Assembly (NCBI GenBank): GCA_031283015.1
Contig: JAITCQ010000010.1
Location: forward strand, 1-38,509
DNA from: Candidatus Methanoplasma sp.
Lineage (GTDB): Archaea > Thermoplasmatota > Thermoplasmata > Methanomassiliicoccales > Methanomethylophilaceae
DNA length: 38,509 nucleotides
Direction: 5' to 3'
In this document: positions 1-9,958 of the stretch, one piece after another
Layout: every line of letters begins with the position of its first letter
Numbering within the stretch: position 1 is the first letter of the stretch
Translations under genes and position numbers: made by a program
The notes under the pieces: model-generated
What the model saw: the letters and a program-made list of their open reading frames with translations, nothing else
What the model was told of the DNA's origin: nothing
The model's database searches: none

Positions 1-96
1 GATGACAGCTACATCGTCCATGACAATCGCGTCCTGAGGGCAGACATCCACGCAGGCTCCGCACGCTACACACTCTGCTTCTATGACTTTTGGCAT
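1..96 (-). CDS. 4Fe-4S ferredoxin, N-terminal part (runs off the window edge)
   Basis: Manual translation from ATG 96: MPKVIEAECVACGACVDVCPQDAIVMDDVAVI, a CxxCxxCxxxCP motif. SD-like AGGTG lies upstream. Not in the ORF track. Confidence 0.9.
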   Translation of the reverse strand, partial: MPKVIEAECVACGACVDVCPQDAIVMDDVAVI

Positions 97-236
97 GGTT
101 TTACACCTGGACCGATAAAACCATGTTAGTATTTTAACGTTTCCGAGAGTATGCTGGCGGTGTCCCCCGGACATGCTGGCATCCGGAATTATGGCCTTTC
201 TCCATCTGATTTATACTGCTACCTGCATACGCCCCC

Positions 237-1286
237 ATGGACGTGCTGAGCGGTTCCGTGCTGACGAAAGAAGGCATCATCGACGGGTACGTCTGCATCG
301 AGAATGGTATCGTGATATCCGTGGAAGAGGGTGTTCCCCCCGCGCCGCCTCTGGCGTCGGGGCTTGTCGTGCCCCCGTTGGTCAACTCACACACCCACTG
401 CGCGGACATCGGCCTGAAGGTGCCGGGGGAAATGACGGTCGAAGAACTTGTCGGCCCCCCGGACGGGCTTAAACATGTCTATCTGAGAGGACTTGACGAA
501 GGATCCCTCGAAAAGAACATCAGAACATACGCGGAGACCTCCCGCAGGAACGGGATAGGGGCGTTCATCGATTTCAGGGAGGGAGGGGAAAGGGGATGCA
601 GGATACTCAGAAAGGCCGCCCCTGAGGCGGCGGTGCTGGGCCGGCCCGTGAGCCAAGAGTGCGACCCGGGGGAGATATCCCGGATACTGGACGCCGCGGA
701 CGGCATCGGCATCTCGGGAATATCCGATATGGAACACAGGTACCTCGAAAAGGCGGCGGACCTGACCCGTGACAGAGGGAAGATGTTCGCCGTCCATGCC
801 AGCGAGAGAAGGAGGGAGGACATCGACCTCATACTGTCGCTGGACCCGGCGTTCGTCGTGCATATGACGGAAGCGACGGATTCCGACCTGCTGAAATGCG
901 CGGAGGCGGAAGTTCCGATCGTCGTGTGCGCCGGGTCCAACCGATATTTCAAAAAAACGCCGCCCATAAAACGGATGCTGGACTGCGGCGTCGATGTCGC
1001 CATCGGCACGGACAACGCGATGCTCCGCGGCCCGGACATGCGTTCCGAGGCGGCCGTTTTCATGGATGTGTTGCTTTCCCAGGGGGGTTCCGTCGATGAT
1101 GTCACGGACCCCATGCTGAAGAACGGAAGAAAGCTATTATATCCGCATAACAAAATCCACGTATCCGTCGGAACGGCGGCGGACCTTACCGTGCTTCCCT
1201 GCTCCGGAGGGTTCCGGATGGACAGGGTGCTGCAGAACAGGGACCCGATATTCAGATACAGACCGGGAAAGGAGGGATTGGACTGA
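237..1286 (+). CDS. Metal-dependent amidohydrolase (deaminase/chlorohydrolase-like)
   Basis: NSHTH metal-binding HxH motif, plus VHASE, VVHMT and IGTDN motifs. Confidence 0.85.
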   Translation: MDVLSGSVLTKEGIIDGYVCIENGIVISVEEGVPPAPPLASGLVVPPLVNSHTHCADIGLKVPGEMTVEELVGPPDGLKHVYLRGLDEGSLEKNIRTYAETSRRNGIGAFIDFREGGERGCRILRKAAPEAAVLGRPVSQECDPGEISRILDAADGIGISGISDMEHRYLEKAADLTRDRGKMFAVHASERRREDIDLILSLDPAFVVHMTEATDSDLLKCAEAEVPIVVCAGSNRYFKKTPPIKRMLDCGVDVAIGTDNAMLRGPDMRSEAAVFMDVLLSQGGSVDDVTDPMLKNGRKLLYPHNKIHVSVGTAADLTVLPCSGGFRMDRVLQNRDPIFRYRPGKEGLD

Positions 1287-1732
1287 GCTTCAAAAAGATA
1301 CTCGTGCCGACGGACGGCAGCGAATTCACCAAATTCGCAGTGGACACAGCGATCGAGCTGGCGGAATTGTCCGGAGGGAAGGTCACCGCGCTGTTCGTTC
1401 TCGATAAATCGATATATGCGAATTCACCAATGGACACCGCGTTGATCAACGTATACGACACGCTGGAGAAAGAGGGCAGGTACGCCACCAGTTATGTCGT
1501 TGAGAAGGCCAAGACCGCCGGCGTGGAAGCGGAGGAGAAGCTGGCGGAGGGCGTGCCGGCGAAGGTCATACTGCAGGAGGCCGAGGCGGGAGAGTACGAC
1601 GTCATCGTGATGGGCACCCTCGGGAGAACTGGGATCTCCAAACTTCTGATGGGAAGCGTCGCGGAAAAGATAGTCCAAAACGCAAAATGCCCCGTGATGG
1701 TCGCAAAGTCGCCGATCGTTTCGAAGGAATGA
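1283..1732 (+). CDS. Universal stress protein (UspA family), probable CTG start
   Basis: (M)SFKKILVPTDGS N-terminus and IVMGTLGRTG...GSVAEKIVQNAKCPV. The ORF track starts at GTG 1304, but the conserved KKILVP strand lies upstream in frame. Confidence 0.9.
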   Translation: MSFKKILVPTDGSEFTKFAVDTAIELAELSGGKVTALFVLDKSIYANSPMDTALINVYDTLEKEGRYATSYVVEKAKTAGVEAEEKLAEGVPAKVILQEAEAGEYDVIVMGTLGRTGISKLLMGSVAEKIVQNAKCPVMVAKSPIVSKE

Positions 1733-1839
1733 ACCTGAGATTCCAATCAATGCACTTAATTACCTAAAGAAGAATAACCCGCCAGAAATTCAGCGGAAAG
1801 GCCATGCGCCTTTACTGCCGGAGAGATACTTGAGGGTTC

Positions 1840-2691
1840 ATGATGAAAACAGTGGCGGACATAATGACTACGGTGCCTATTGTGGTAGAGGTCCCGGGAA
1901 GCCGTAGCGATGCGATCAACATGATGGTCAGGAACAAGCTGACCGGACTTCCGGTCGTGCGCGCTTCGGACGGCAAACTCATGGGCATCGTTTCCCGGAG
2001 GGATATTTTCAGGAAGTTCAACGAGGACCAACTGTCTCTGATAATGAAGAAGGACTGCATCACGATAACCCCAGATAAAAGCATAGTCGACGCGGCGAAG
2101 ATATTCGCCGGCCGAAGGATACACAGGCTTCCCGTGATAGAGGGCGGGAAGCTCGTGGGCATCGTGACCCCGACCGACCTTCTGAAAGAGATAATGGATA
2201 CGAAGACGTTCATGACCGCGGAGGATGTCATCAGGACCACCTGCGTCACGGCGTACGAAGGCGAACCTCTCGCTTACACCGTGGCGGCGATGAGGATAAG
2301 CGACGTCTCCGCCGTGCCGGTCCTGGACATAAAAGGCAAACTGGTCGGGATACTGACCGACCGCGACCTGTTCAGCGATCAGACCGTGGACGCCGAGGCG
2401 ATGATGCGTCTCGGCATTGAGGATTCCGAACTCGCCGGATACAGGAACGTGCTTCCGCTGTTCTATGCCGCCACTGACAAGTACATATCCGACGACACCA
2501 CCGTCCGCGATTACATGATCAAGGATCCGCAGACCGTGTTCAAGAAGACGCCTTTGAACGACGTTGCCCGCATCATGACGCAGAACGACTTCGGGCAGCT
2601 TCCCGTGCACGGGACCAAGGACGAACTGGTCGGCATGATCTACGACGTGGACGTACTGTGCGCACTGACAGGTAATTCCAATGAGCAATGA
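1840..2691 (+). CDS. CBS-domain protein (4 CBS repeats)
   Basis: Repeated LPVV...GKLxGI(V/L)(S/T)xxD motifs. Overlaps the glyS start. Confidence 0.9.
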   Translation: MMKTVADIMTTVPIVVEVPGSRSDAINMMVRNKLTGLPVVRASDGKLMGIVSRRDIFRKFNEDQLSLIMKKDCITITPDKSIVDAAKIFAGRRIHRLPVIEGGKLVGIVTPTDLLKEIMDTKTFMTAEDVIRTTCVTAYEGEPLAYTVAAMRISDVSAVPVLDIKGKLVGILTDRDLFSDQTVDAEAMMRLGIEDSELAGYRNVLPLFYAATDKYISDDTTVRDYMIKDPQTVFKKTPLNDVARIMTQNDFGQLPVHGTKDELVGMIYDVDVLCALTGNSNEQ

Positions 2692-4390
2692 TTCCGGCGG
2701 CGATCTTTTTTCCCTCTGCAGACGCAGAGGGTTCGTCTGGCCCTCCTTTGAGTTATACGGGGGGGTGGCGGGGATGTACGACTACGGGCCTCTCGGCTCG
2801 AACATGAGGAACAACATCGTCGAGGTCTGGAGGGACATATACAGGGGAAGGGAGGGCTTCATCGAGATCGATTCGGAGACCGTCAACCCCCGGGAGGTCT
2901 TCAAAGCGTCCGGTCACGTTGACGAGTTCGCCGACCTCGTCACATATTGCAAAGGATGCGAGGCCGCTTCCAGGGCGGACCACCTTGTCAAAGAGTTCTT
3001 CGACAACCCCGACGTGCTTACTCCGAAGGAACTGGACGAAGCTTTCGTGAAGTTCAAGGTGAAATGCCCGGAATGCGGCGGAGACCTGGGTCCGGTGGAG
3101 GAGTTCAACCTTATGTTCAAGACCGCCATCGGGCCGGGATCCTCAAGAGTGGGATACCTCAGGCCGGAGACGGCGCAGGGGATATTCGTCAATTATCTGA
3201 ACCTTTACAGATACAACAGGGAGAAGCTTCCTCTCGGCGTGATACAGACGGGGAGAGGCTACAGGAACGAGATCGCCCCCCGGCAGGGGATGATAAGGAT
3301 GAGGGAGTTCAACATGATGGAGGTCGAACTCTTCGTCGATCCCGCCGACAAAGGCTGGATCAGGTTCCCCGAGATAGAGAACGATCCGATAACGCTGGTC
3401 CCCAACACCGGCACGGAGACCGTGACGATGACGGTGGGCGAAGCCGTTGAGAAAGGGATCATCGCCAATAAGGTGCTGGCATATTTCGTGTACACCACGC
3501 AGCAGTTCCTGACAAGGTTGGGAATAGATCCGAAAAGGCTGAGGTTCAGGCAGCATCTCCGCGACGAGATGGCGCATTACGCCATGGACTGCTGGGACGC
3601 AGAGGTCCTCCTTTCCTACGGGTGGATAGAGATAACGGGCATAGCCGACAGGGGCTGCTGGGACCTGTCGAGGCACGCTGAATTCTCGGGCACAGACCTC
3701 ACCCACTTCAAGAAGTTCGACGAGCCGAAGGAGATGGAGATCGACAAGGTCAAAGCGAAGCACAAGGCCCTCGGCCCGAAGTTCAAGGAGAAGGCCAAAG
3801 CGATCGCGGAGATCATGGAGACGAAGCTCCCGTCGGACGTCAGGGACGGAAAGCTCGCTCTGGACCTTGAGGACAACGAGATCGTGCTCGACGGCGAGTT
3901 CTTCGAGGTCGTTAAGGTACGGGAGAAAGTGTCCGGAGAAAGGGTGGTTCCCCATGTGATAGAACCATCCCACGGGCTGGACAGGATCTTCTACTCGGTG
4001 CTTGAGCATTCTTTCGCATATGACAAGGAGAACGACTACACCGTCCTTAGACTGGCGCCGGAAGTGGCCCCCATAAAGGCTGGCATATTCCCGCTCATGG
4101 AGAAGGACGGTATGGATGCGCTCGCCATGGACATCTATAAAAAAGTGCATTCCCCGTCCACGGAGGCCTATTACGACGGTTCCGGGACCATAGGCAGAAG
4201 GTATGCGAGGATGGACGAAGTGGGGACCCCGTGGTGCATAACCGTCGATTACGAGTCCCTTGACGGGCCGCTCAAAGGCACCGTGACCATAAGGGACCGC
4301 GACACCGCCGCGCAGAAAAGGATACCTGCGGATTCCGTACCGGACATACTGAGACTGCTGCTCTCGGGCAGACAGTTCGATAGCCTTTGA
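2681..4390 (+). CDS. glyS: Glycine--tRNA ligase (archaeal/eukaryotic alpha2 type)
   Basis: YDYGPLG, LRPETAQG, RNEIAPRQG..RMREF, PHVIEPSHG, and C-terminal anticodon-binding IGRRYARMDEVGTP. Confidence 0.97.
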   Translation: MSNDSGGDLFSLCRRRGFVWPSFELYGGVAGMYDYGPLGSNMRNNIVEVWRDIYRGREGFIEIDSETVNPREVFKASGHVDEFADLVTYCKGCEAASRADHLVKEFFDNPDVLTPKELDEAFVKFKVKCPECGGDLGPVEEFNLMFKTAIGPGSSRVGYLRPETAQGIFVNYLNLYRYNREKLPLGVIQTGRGYRNEIAPRQGMIRMREFNMMEVELFVDPADKGWIRFPEIENDPITLVPNTGTETVTMTVGEAVEKGIIANKVLAYFVYTTQQFLTRLGIDPKRLRFRQHLRDEMAHYAMDCWDAEVLLSYGWIEITGIADRGCWDLSRHAEFSGTDLTHFKKFDEPKEMEIDKVKAKHKALGPKFKEKAKAIAEIMETKLPSDVRDGKLALDLEDNEIVLDGEFFEVVKVREKVSGERVVPHVIEPSHGLDRIFYSVLEHSFAYDKENDYTVLRLAPEVAPIKAGIFPLMEKDGMDALAMDIYKKVHSPSTEAYYDGSGTIGRRYARMDEVGTPWCITVDYESLDGPLKGTVTIRDRDTAAQKRIPADSVPDILRLLLSGRQFDSL

Positions 4391-4511
4391 ATCATCTGTA
4401 TATAATACCTTGCCGAGAACACCGTCAAAAACGGACCCGGCATATTTTTTCATATCCTCTGTGGATCCCCCTCGTCTTTTTCGGCGTTTCAGCAGGATAA
4501 CATAAACAATC

Positions 4512-4546
4512 TTTATATCGGCGGCACTCCGATTAACAAACGGTGA
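4512..4546 (+). promoter_or_regulatory. TATA box (TTTATAT) and GGTGA ribosome-binding site for the CBS-HPF gene
   Basis: TTTATAT at 4512-4518, GGTGA at 4542-4546, ATG at 4551. Confidence 0.55.
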
Positions 4547-4550
4547 ATTG

Positions 4551-5726
4551 ATGGGGGTAGAAGACCTAGAGGACCTGAAAAAATTATCAATTTTGAGATC
4601 GCAGCTGAGTGGGATAACCGTTCGTGACATCATGACGTCGGATTTCCCCACCGTCGGCCCAGAGGACCGGGTCTCGGAGGCTCTCTCAACGATGAGGGAT
4701 TCGGGCTTCCAAGAGATACCGATCGTAGAGAGCGGGAACTATGCGGGCATGGTCAGTTACGGCTCGATATTAAGGAAAGGAAGCGTCACGCCCGATACTA
4801 AAGTGAAGAACCTTGTGCGCAACCTTCCGACCGTTTCCCTCGAAACAGATATAACGAAGATAGCCGAGCACGTCATCGCCAACAACTGCAGGCAGCTGGC
4901 GGTGCTGAACGGAAAGAAGGTCATCGGCATGGTATCGAGAGGCGGCCTCACCAAGGTCGCGGCTGGGATGAAGATACTCAAAGACATCAAGGTCTGGGAG
5001 ATAATGACCACTCCGGTCGAATATGTAAAGGACGACGGCATGCTGGACGACGCCCTGGAGATAATGAGGAGCCTGGACATCAGGACCGTCCCGGTGGTGA
5101 ACAGCAACATGGTCCCGGTGGGGATAGTGGGAATGAAAGAGATCATCGACACCCACTGGAAGACCGACTCGAAGAGCTTCGGCGATTTCAAGAAGAGTTC
5201 GAAGGCGCAGATAACCATAGAGAGCGTCTGCACCGGCGCCATCAGGACCGTCGAGTGGGACGACACGGTCGGCACGGCGGTGTCGGTGATGGAGGAACGC
5301 GGAATATCGACCCTGCCGGTGGTGGAGGGGAAAGAGCTGGTGGGAATGCTCACCGAATACGACATCGTGGAACTGATATCGGCGTGCAGGGAGAGGGATG
5401 CCCTATTCGTGCAGATAAGCGGACTCGACGAAGAGGACAAATTCTACGCCGACGCCATGTACGCCGACATCGAGGCCGAAATGGCCAGGATCTCCAAGAT
5501 ATACAAGCCGGAATCCCTGAGCATACACATAGCCAGATACAACGAGGGCGGGGACCGGAAGAAATACAGCCTGACGGCGAGGCTCTTCATACACGGAACG
5601 GTGATAGACCTGAAGGAGGTGGGCTGGGATCTTGTGAAAGCCAACAACGATCTCATGAAGAAGATGGGGCATCAGGTCATCGGAATGAAGGATTCCAATG
5701 TCACTTTCCGCAAAAGGAAGAAGTGA
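4551..5726 (+). CDS. 4xCBS protein with C-terminal HPF/RaiA-like domain (probable ribosome hibernation factor)
   Basis: Four CBS repeats, then ~105 aa (FVQISG...ISKIYKPESLSIHI...YSLTARLFIHG...GWDLVKANNDLMKKMGHQV) that follow the beta-alpha-beta-beta-beta-alpha pattern of HPF/RaiA. Basic tail RKRKK. Confidence 0.75.
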   Translation: MGVEDLEDLKKLSILRSQLSGITVRDIMTSDFPTVGPEDRVSEALSTMRDSGFQEIPIVESGNYAGMVSYGSILRKGSVTPDTKVKNLVRNLPTVSLETDITKIAEHVIANNCRQLAVLNGKKVIGMVSRGGLTKVAAGMKILKDIKVWEIMTTPVEYVKDDGMLDDALEIMRSLDIRTVPVVNSNMVPVGIVGMKEIIDTHWKTDSKSFGDFKKSSKAQITIESVCTGAIRTVEWDDTVGTAVSVMEERGISTLPVVEGKELVGMLTEYDIVELISACRERDALFVQISGLDEEDKFYADAMYADIEAEMARISKIYKPESLSIHIARYNEGGDRKKYSLTARLFIHGTVIDLKEVGWDLVKANNDLMKKMGHQVIGMKDSNVTFRKRKK

Positions 5727-5760
5727 ACCCAAATATTTTCCCAACCCTTTTCTCATAACC

Positions 5761-5771
5761 TTTTTTTATAT
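5761..5771 (+). promoter_or_regulatory. TATA box of valS (probably a leaderless transcript); the T-tract may also terminate the upstream gene
   Basis: TTTTTTTATAT about 25 nt before ATG 5795, with no SD. Confidence 0.5.
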
Positions 5772-5794
5772 CATTCCGATAACCGTCTGTTCAA

Positions 5795-8401
5795 ATGTCG
5801 CAGTATGATTCAGTTTCGGTCGAAAAGCGCTGGCAGAAGATGTGGAAGGACGAGGAGATCTACCGTTTCGATCCCAGTTCGGACAAGCCCGCGTACAGCA
5901 TCGACAACCCGCCGAGATACACGTCCGGGCCCCTTCACCTGGGGCACGCCACGGGATACTCCCTCATAGACTTCGCCGCCAGATACAAGAGGATGAGAGG
6001 ATACAACGTGTTCTTCCCCCTCTGTTTCGACGTTAACGGAACGCCTATCGAGGTGAAGGTGGAGAAGAAGCACAAAATAACGAAGCTAGACCTCCCCCGT
6101 GAGGAGTACAGGAAATTATGCAGCGAGTACGCCAACGGCTTCATCGACGAGATGACGCACCATTTCGAAATAATGGGGGAGAGCATGGACCCCAGCATCT
6201 ACTACCAGACGGACGCCCCTTATTACAGGCGGATCACTCAGCTATCCTTCGTCGAGCTGTTCAGGAAAGGTCTCGTTTACAAGGGGGACTTCCCTGTCAA
6301 CTGGTGCCCGAGATGCATGACCGCCCTGGCGGACGCCGAAGTGGACCATAAGGACAACACCACGAAACTGAACTACGTCAAATTCGGGATAGACGGAACG
6401 GACGACCACGCGATGATCGCGACCACCAGGCCAGAGCTTATCTGCACCTGCAAGGTGGTTGCGGTGCACCCGGACGATGAAGAAAAGAGACACCTTGTCG
6501 GAAAAGAGCTGATCACGCCCATCTACGGGCGCAGGATCAAGGTCATAGCCGATCCGAAAGTGGACCCGGGATACGGGACCGGGAACGTGATGATATGCAC
6601 CATCGGAGATAAAGACGATCTTGAATGGGTCATGAAATATCGTCTGGAAATGGAGAAAGGGATCGACGAGAGCGGAAAGATGACCGGTCTCGCCGGAAAG
6701 TATGCCGGAATGAGCGTTAAGGACGCGAGAGCGTCGATCATCTCCGACCTTAGAGACATTGGCGCTCTTGTCAAACAGGAGGATGCCCCGCAGCAGGTCT
6801 CGGTCTGCTGGAGGTGCGGCGCGCCCATAGAGTATCTCCAGGTCCCGCAGTGGTTCCTTAAAACGCTCGAGCTGAAAAAACAGGTTCACCAAAGAGCCGA
6901 CGAGATAAGATGGTACCCCGAATTCATGAAGGTCAGGCTCAGGGACTGGATCGATTCCCTTGAGTGGGACTGGGTGCTGAGCAGACAGCGCATATTCGCT
7001 ACTCCGGTCCCGGTCTGGGAATGCGAGGATTGCGGGGAGGCCGTCTGCGCGACCGAAGAGCAGTGCTACGTAGACCCCACGCTCGATTCTCCCCCCGTGG
7101 AGAAATGCCCGAAGTGCGGCGGCGGGCTTATCGGATGCACGGATGTCTTCGACACCTGGATGGACTCCTCCGGCTCCTGCCTCTATAACACGTTCTGGAA
7201 AAGGGACGACGAGCTTCACAAGAAGTTCTTCCCCATGAGCATGAGGCCCCAGTCACACGATATCATCAGAACTTGGGCCTTCTACTCCATACTCAGGTCG
7301 GAGCAGATGAAACAGTCCCGCCCCTGGGACGATATAATGATACACGGGTTCATAATGGCGCCCGACGGGACGCCGATGCATTCGTCCGTGGGGAACGTCA
7401 TCGACCCCATCCCCATCTTGGAGAGCTACGGCGCGGACGCCCTCAGATATTTCGCGGCGTCCTGTTCCCTCGGCACGGACCATGCGTTCAGAGAGCCGGA
7501 CGTGACCAGAGGGAAGAAGCTGTCCAACAAGATATTCAACATCGGACAATTTGTCGGAAGGTTCTTCGACGGGATGCCCAAAGAACCGGGAGAACTGAGG
7601 GAATCCGACAAATGGATAATAAGCCGCTATTCCCAGACGGTCAAGGCCGCGACTGGATACCTCGACGAGTATCAGTTCGATAAGGCTATGAAGGAGGTCG
7701 AAGGGTTCATCTGGCACGACCTAGCCGATAATTACGTCGAGATGGTGAAGGCCAGGAACGACCCCGCCGTGAAATATACGCTATACAACGTCTTCCTAGG
7801 ATGCGTGAAGATGGTCGCCCCCGTGATGCCCCATGTCACCGAGGACATCTATCAGGAGCATTTCGCCGCTTACGAAGGGAAGAAGAGCATCCACATAACG
7901 GAATGGCCATCCCCCCTCTTCGTCGACGGGGATGCAGTCGAGACCGGAGAGTCCATCATCGCCGTAACGTCCGCGATAAGAGCGTGGAAATCCGAGAAGA
8001 AGATGCCCCTTAACGCGGAATTGTCGAAGGTGGAAGTGATAGGCGGCGCTCCCGCGCTTGAAAAGGGGCACCGGGACATCGTCGAGACGTCCAAGATCAA
8101 AGAGCTCGTTTTCTCAAAAGAGGCCGACCTGAAAGAGGTCGTCGCGGGAATAAAGCCGATCCATTCCAAACTCGGTCCGGTGTTCAAAGGACAGGCGAAG
8201 GCCATCGCCGCCACTCTTTCCGCTCTATCCCCGGAGGACGCTCTGAAAAAGATGACGCCTGAGGGGCTTGAGCTGGAGATCGGCGGAGAGAGAATTATTC
8301 TTCCGTCAGAGTTCCTGGAAATGGAGAAGAAGCTTACGCTCGGCGGCAAGGCCGTCGAGACGATACAGCTTGGGAGCACGCTGATAGTGCTGGAGATCTG
8401 A
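5795..8401 (+). CDS. valS: Valine--tRNA ligase (archaeal type)
   Basis: IDNPPRYTSGPLHLGH (HIGH motif), ATTRPE, WDWVLSRQR, DVFDTWMDSS, RPQSHDIIRTW, YGADALR. The KMSKS position reads PMHSS. Confidence 0.95.
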   Translation: MSQYDSVSVEKRWQKMWKDEEIYRFDPSSDKPAYSIDNPPRYTSGPLHLGHATGYSLIDFAARYKRMRGYNVFFPLCFDVNGTPIEVKVEKKHKITKLDLPREEYRKLCSEYANGFIDEMTHHFEIMGESMDPSIYYQTDAPYYRRITQLSFVELFRKGLVYKGDFPVNWCPRCMTALADAEVDHKDNTTKLNYVKFGIDGTDDHAMIATTRPELICTCKVVAVHPDDEEKRHLVGKELITPIYGRRIKVIADPKVDPGYGTGNVMICTIGDKDDLEWVMKYRLEMEKGIDESGKMTGLAGKYAGMSVKDARASIISDLRDIGALVKQEDAPQQVSVCWRCGAPIEYLQVPQWFLKTLELKKQVHQRADEIRWYPEFMKVRLRDWIDSLEWDWVLSRQRIFATPVPVWECEDCGEAVCATEEQCYVDPTLDSPPVEKCPKCGGGLIGCTDVFDTWMDSSGSCLYNTFWKRDDELHKKFFPMSMRPQSHDIIRTWAFYSILRSEQMKQSRPWDDIMIHGFIMAPDGTPMHSSVGNVIDPIPILESYGADALRYFAASCSLGTDHAFREPDVTRGKKLSNKIFNIGQFVGRFFDGMPKEPGELRESDKWIISRYSQTVKAATGYLDEYQFDKAMKEVEGFIWHDLADNYVEMVKARNDPAVKYTLYNVFLGCVKMVAPVMPHVTEDIYQEHFAAYEGKKSIHITEWPSPLFVDGDAVETGESIIAVTSAIRAWKSEKKMPLNAELSKVEVIGGAPALEKGHRDIVETSKIKELVFSKEADLKEVVAGIKPIHSKLGPVFKGQAKAIAATLSALSPEDALKKMTPEGLELEIGGERIILPSEFLEMEKKLTLGGKAVETIQLGSTLIVLEI

Positions 8402-8403
8402 GA

Positions 8404-9816
8404 TCAATCCTGCGACACTCTCACCGTTACCTTCTTCCCCTTGTATCTTGCTTTGGGGAGGTCCATCAGCATCCTGTTGCCAAAGTCCTTGTGCACTTCC
8501 ACGATTGACGAGTCGGGGCCGATGTCCATCTTCCCGATCGCGAAGTCCCTGATCTTCGCCGTCCTTATAATGTGCTCCGCAAGACCGACCTTCCCGAGGC
8601 CGTCGTTCTTGCCTAGATTAACATTGAACCTCACCATCCCGTACACGTCCGAGAGCTGGTCGTAATCCACCACCCTTCGGATCGTGTCCCTGGTCCCCTC
8701 TTCGGCCTCCGGGACCTCTCTTTTCTCTATGCTCATCTCTGTCCTAAGCTCGAACTCCCTGACGAGGTGCTCCTCTTCCGACGTCACGAAGGCTATGGCC
8801 ACTCCTTCCTTCCCGGCCCTTCCGGTGCGTCCGATTCTGTGGATGTACGTCTCGACCTCCTCCGGCATGTCGTAGTTGATCACATACGAGATATCGTCGA
8901 TGTCCAATCCTCTTGCCGCCACGTCCGTCGCGATCAGGATCTGTATCTTATCCTCTCTGAAATCCTTGAGCACCTTCTCTCTCTTGGGCTGCGGCATATC
9001 TCCGTGGATCGCTTTTATCTTATAGCCGTGCTCGGTGAGTCTTTGATCAAGGATGTCCACCATCCTCTTGGTCTGGCAGAATATTATCGCCTTCGGCTTA
9101 TCTATATCTAATATCCTTGTGAGCGCCCAGGATTTGTTCCTTCTTCCCACGGATATGTAATATTGCTTGGTGAGGTCCAGGACCACCTCGTCCTGGGAGA
9201 CGCTGATCTCCTTCGGCTTGATCATATAATCGCTCGCCAGACGTTTCACGTCCTCCGACATGGTGGCCGAGAACAGCATCGTCTGCCTGTCCCTAGGCAT
9301 CGCCGAGAGGATGTACTCGATATCCTCAATGAACCCCATGTCCAGCATCCGGTCGGCCTCGTCGAGGACCAATATCTTTATCTTGCCGAGGTTGAGGATG
9401 CCCCTGTTGATCATGTCCTTCACCCTTCCGGGGGTGCCGGCTATGACGTCCGCGCCTTTCTCTAACCTTTTGATCTGCCCTTCGATACTCGCTCCGCCAT
9501 ATATGGGGACGGTCTCGTGGCCGGTGTACTTGGATATGCTGGTGAGCTGATCCTCTATCTGGTTGGCGAGTTCCCTTGTCGGAACAAGGACTATCGCCGA
9601 AGGAAGTCTCTGGCCCGGCTCGGTCCTCATAAGGATTATGGAGCCGAACGCTCCCGTCTTCCCGGTCCCGGTCTGGGCCTGGCCGAACATATCTGTGCCG
9701 TTCAGGCCCAACGGTACAGTTGCTGTCTGTATCGGGGTGGGTTCTTCCCATCCCATATCGTCCATCGCCTTGGCGATGTCCTCTGAAATACCTAAATCTG
9801 TGAAATTAGAGATCAT
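8404..9816 (-). CDS. DEAD-box RNA helicase with C-terminal DbpA-type RNA-binding domain (DeaD/CshA-like)
   Basis: Q motif PTPIQ, AQTGTGKT, PTRELA, TPGR, DEAD, SAT, ARGLD, HRIGRTGRAG. Confidence 0.95.
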   Translation of the reverse strand: MISNFTDLGISEDIAKAMDDMGWEEPTPIQTATVPLGLNGTDMFGQAQTGTGKTGAFGSIILMRTEPGQRLPSAIVLVPTRELANQIEDQLTSISKYTGHETVPIYGGASIEGQIKRLEKGADVIAGTPGRVKDMINRGILNLGKIKILVLDEADRMLDMGFIEDIEYILSAMPRDRQTMLFSATMSEDVKRLASDYMIKPKEISVSQDEVVLDLTKQYYISVGRRNKSWALTRILDIDKPKAIIFCQTKRMVDILDQRLTEHGYKIKAIHGDMPQPKREKVLKDFREDKIQILIATDVAARGLDIDDISYVINYDMPEEVETYIHRIGRTGRAGKEGVAIAFVTSEEEHLVREFELRTEMSIEKREVPEAEEGTRDTIRRVVDYDQLSDVYGMVRFNVNLGKNDGLGKVGLAEHIIRTAKIRDFAIGKMDIGPDSSIVEVHKDFGNRMLMDLPKARYKGKKVTVRVSQD

Positions 9817-9928
9817 TTATACATCACTGATCTGAATCGAACCGCCTGCGACTTTTACGCAGACACCTCTGTTTCAGTGTTACTAATCCCGAATCGCAAT
9901 ATATACTTACCTAAGGACAAAAAGACCG

Positions 9929-9958
9929 GTTCAACTTCGCGGGCTCGCGAAGTTGAAC
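9929..9958. repeat. Perfect 13-bp inverted repeat between the divergent helicase and DUF1846 genes
   Basis: GTTCAACTTCGCG-ggct-CGCGAAGTTGAAC. Confidence 0.85.
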
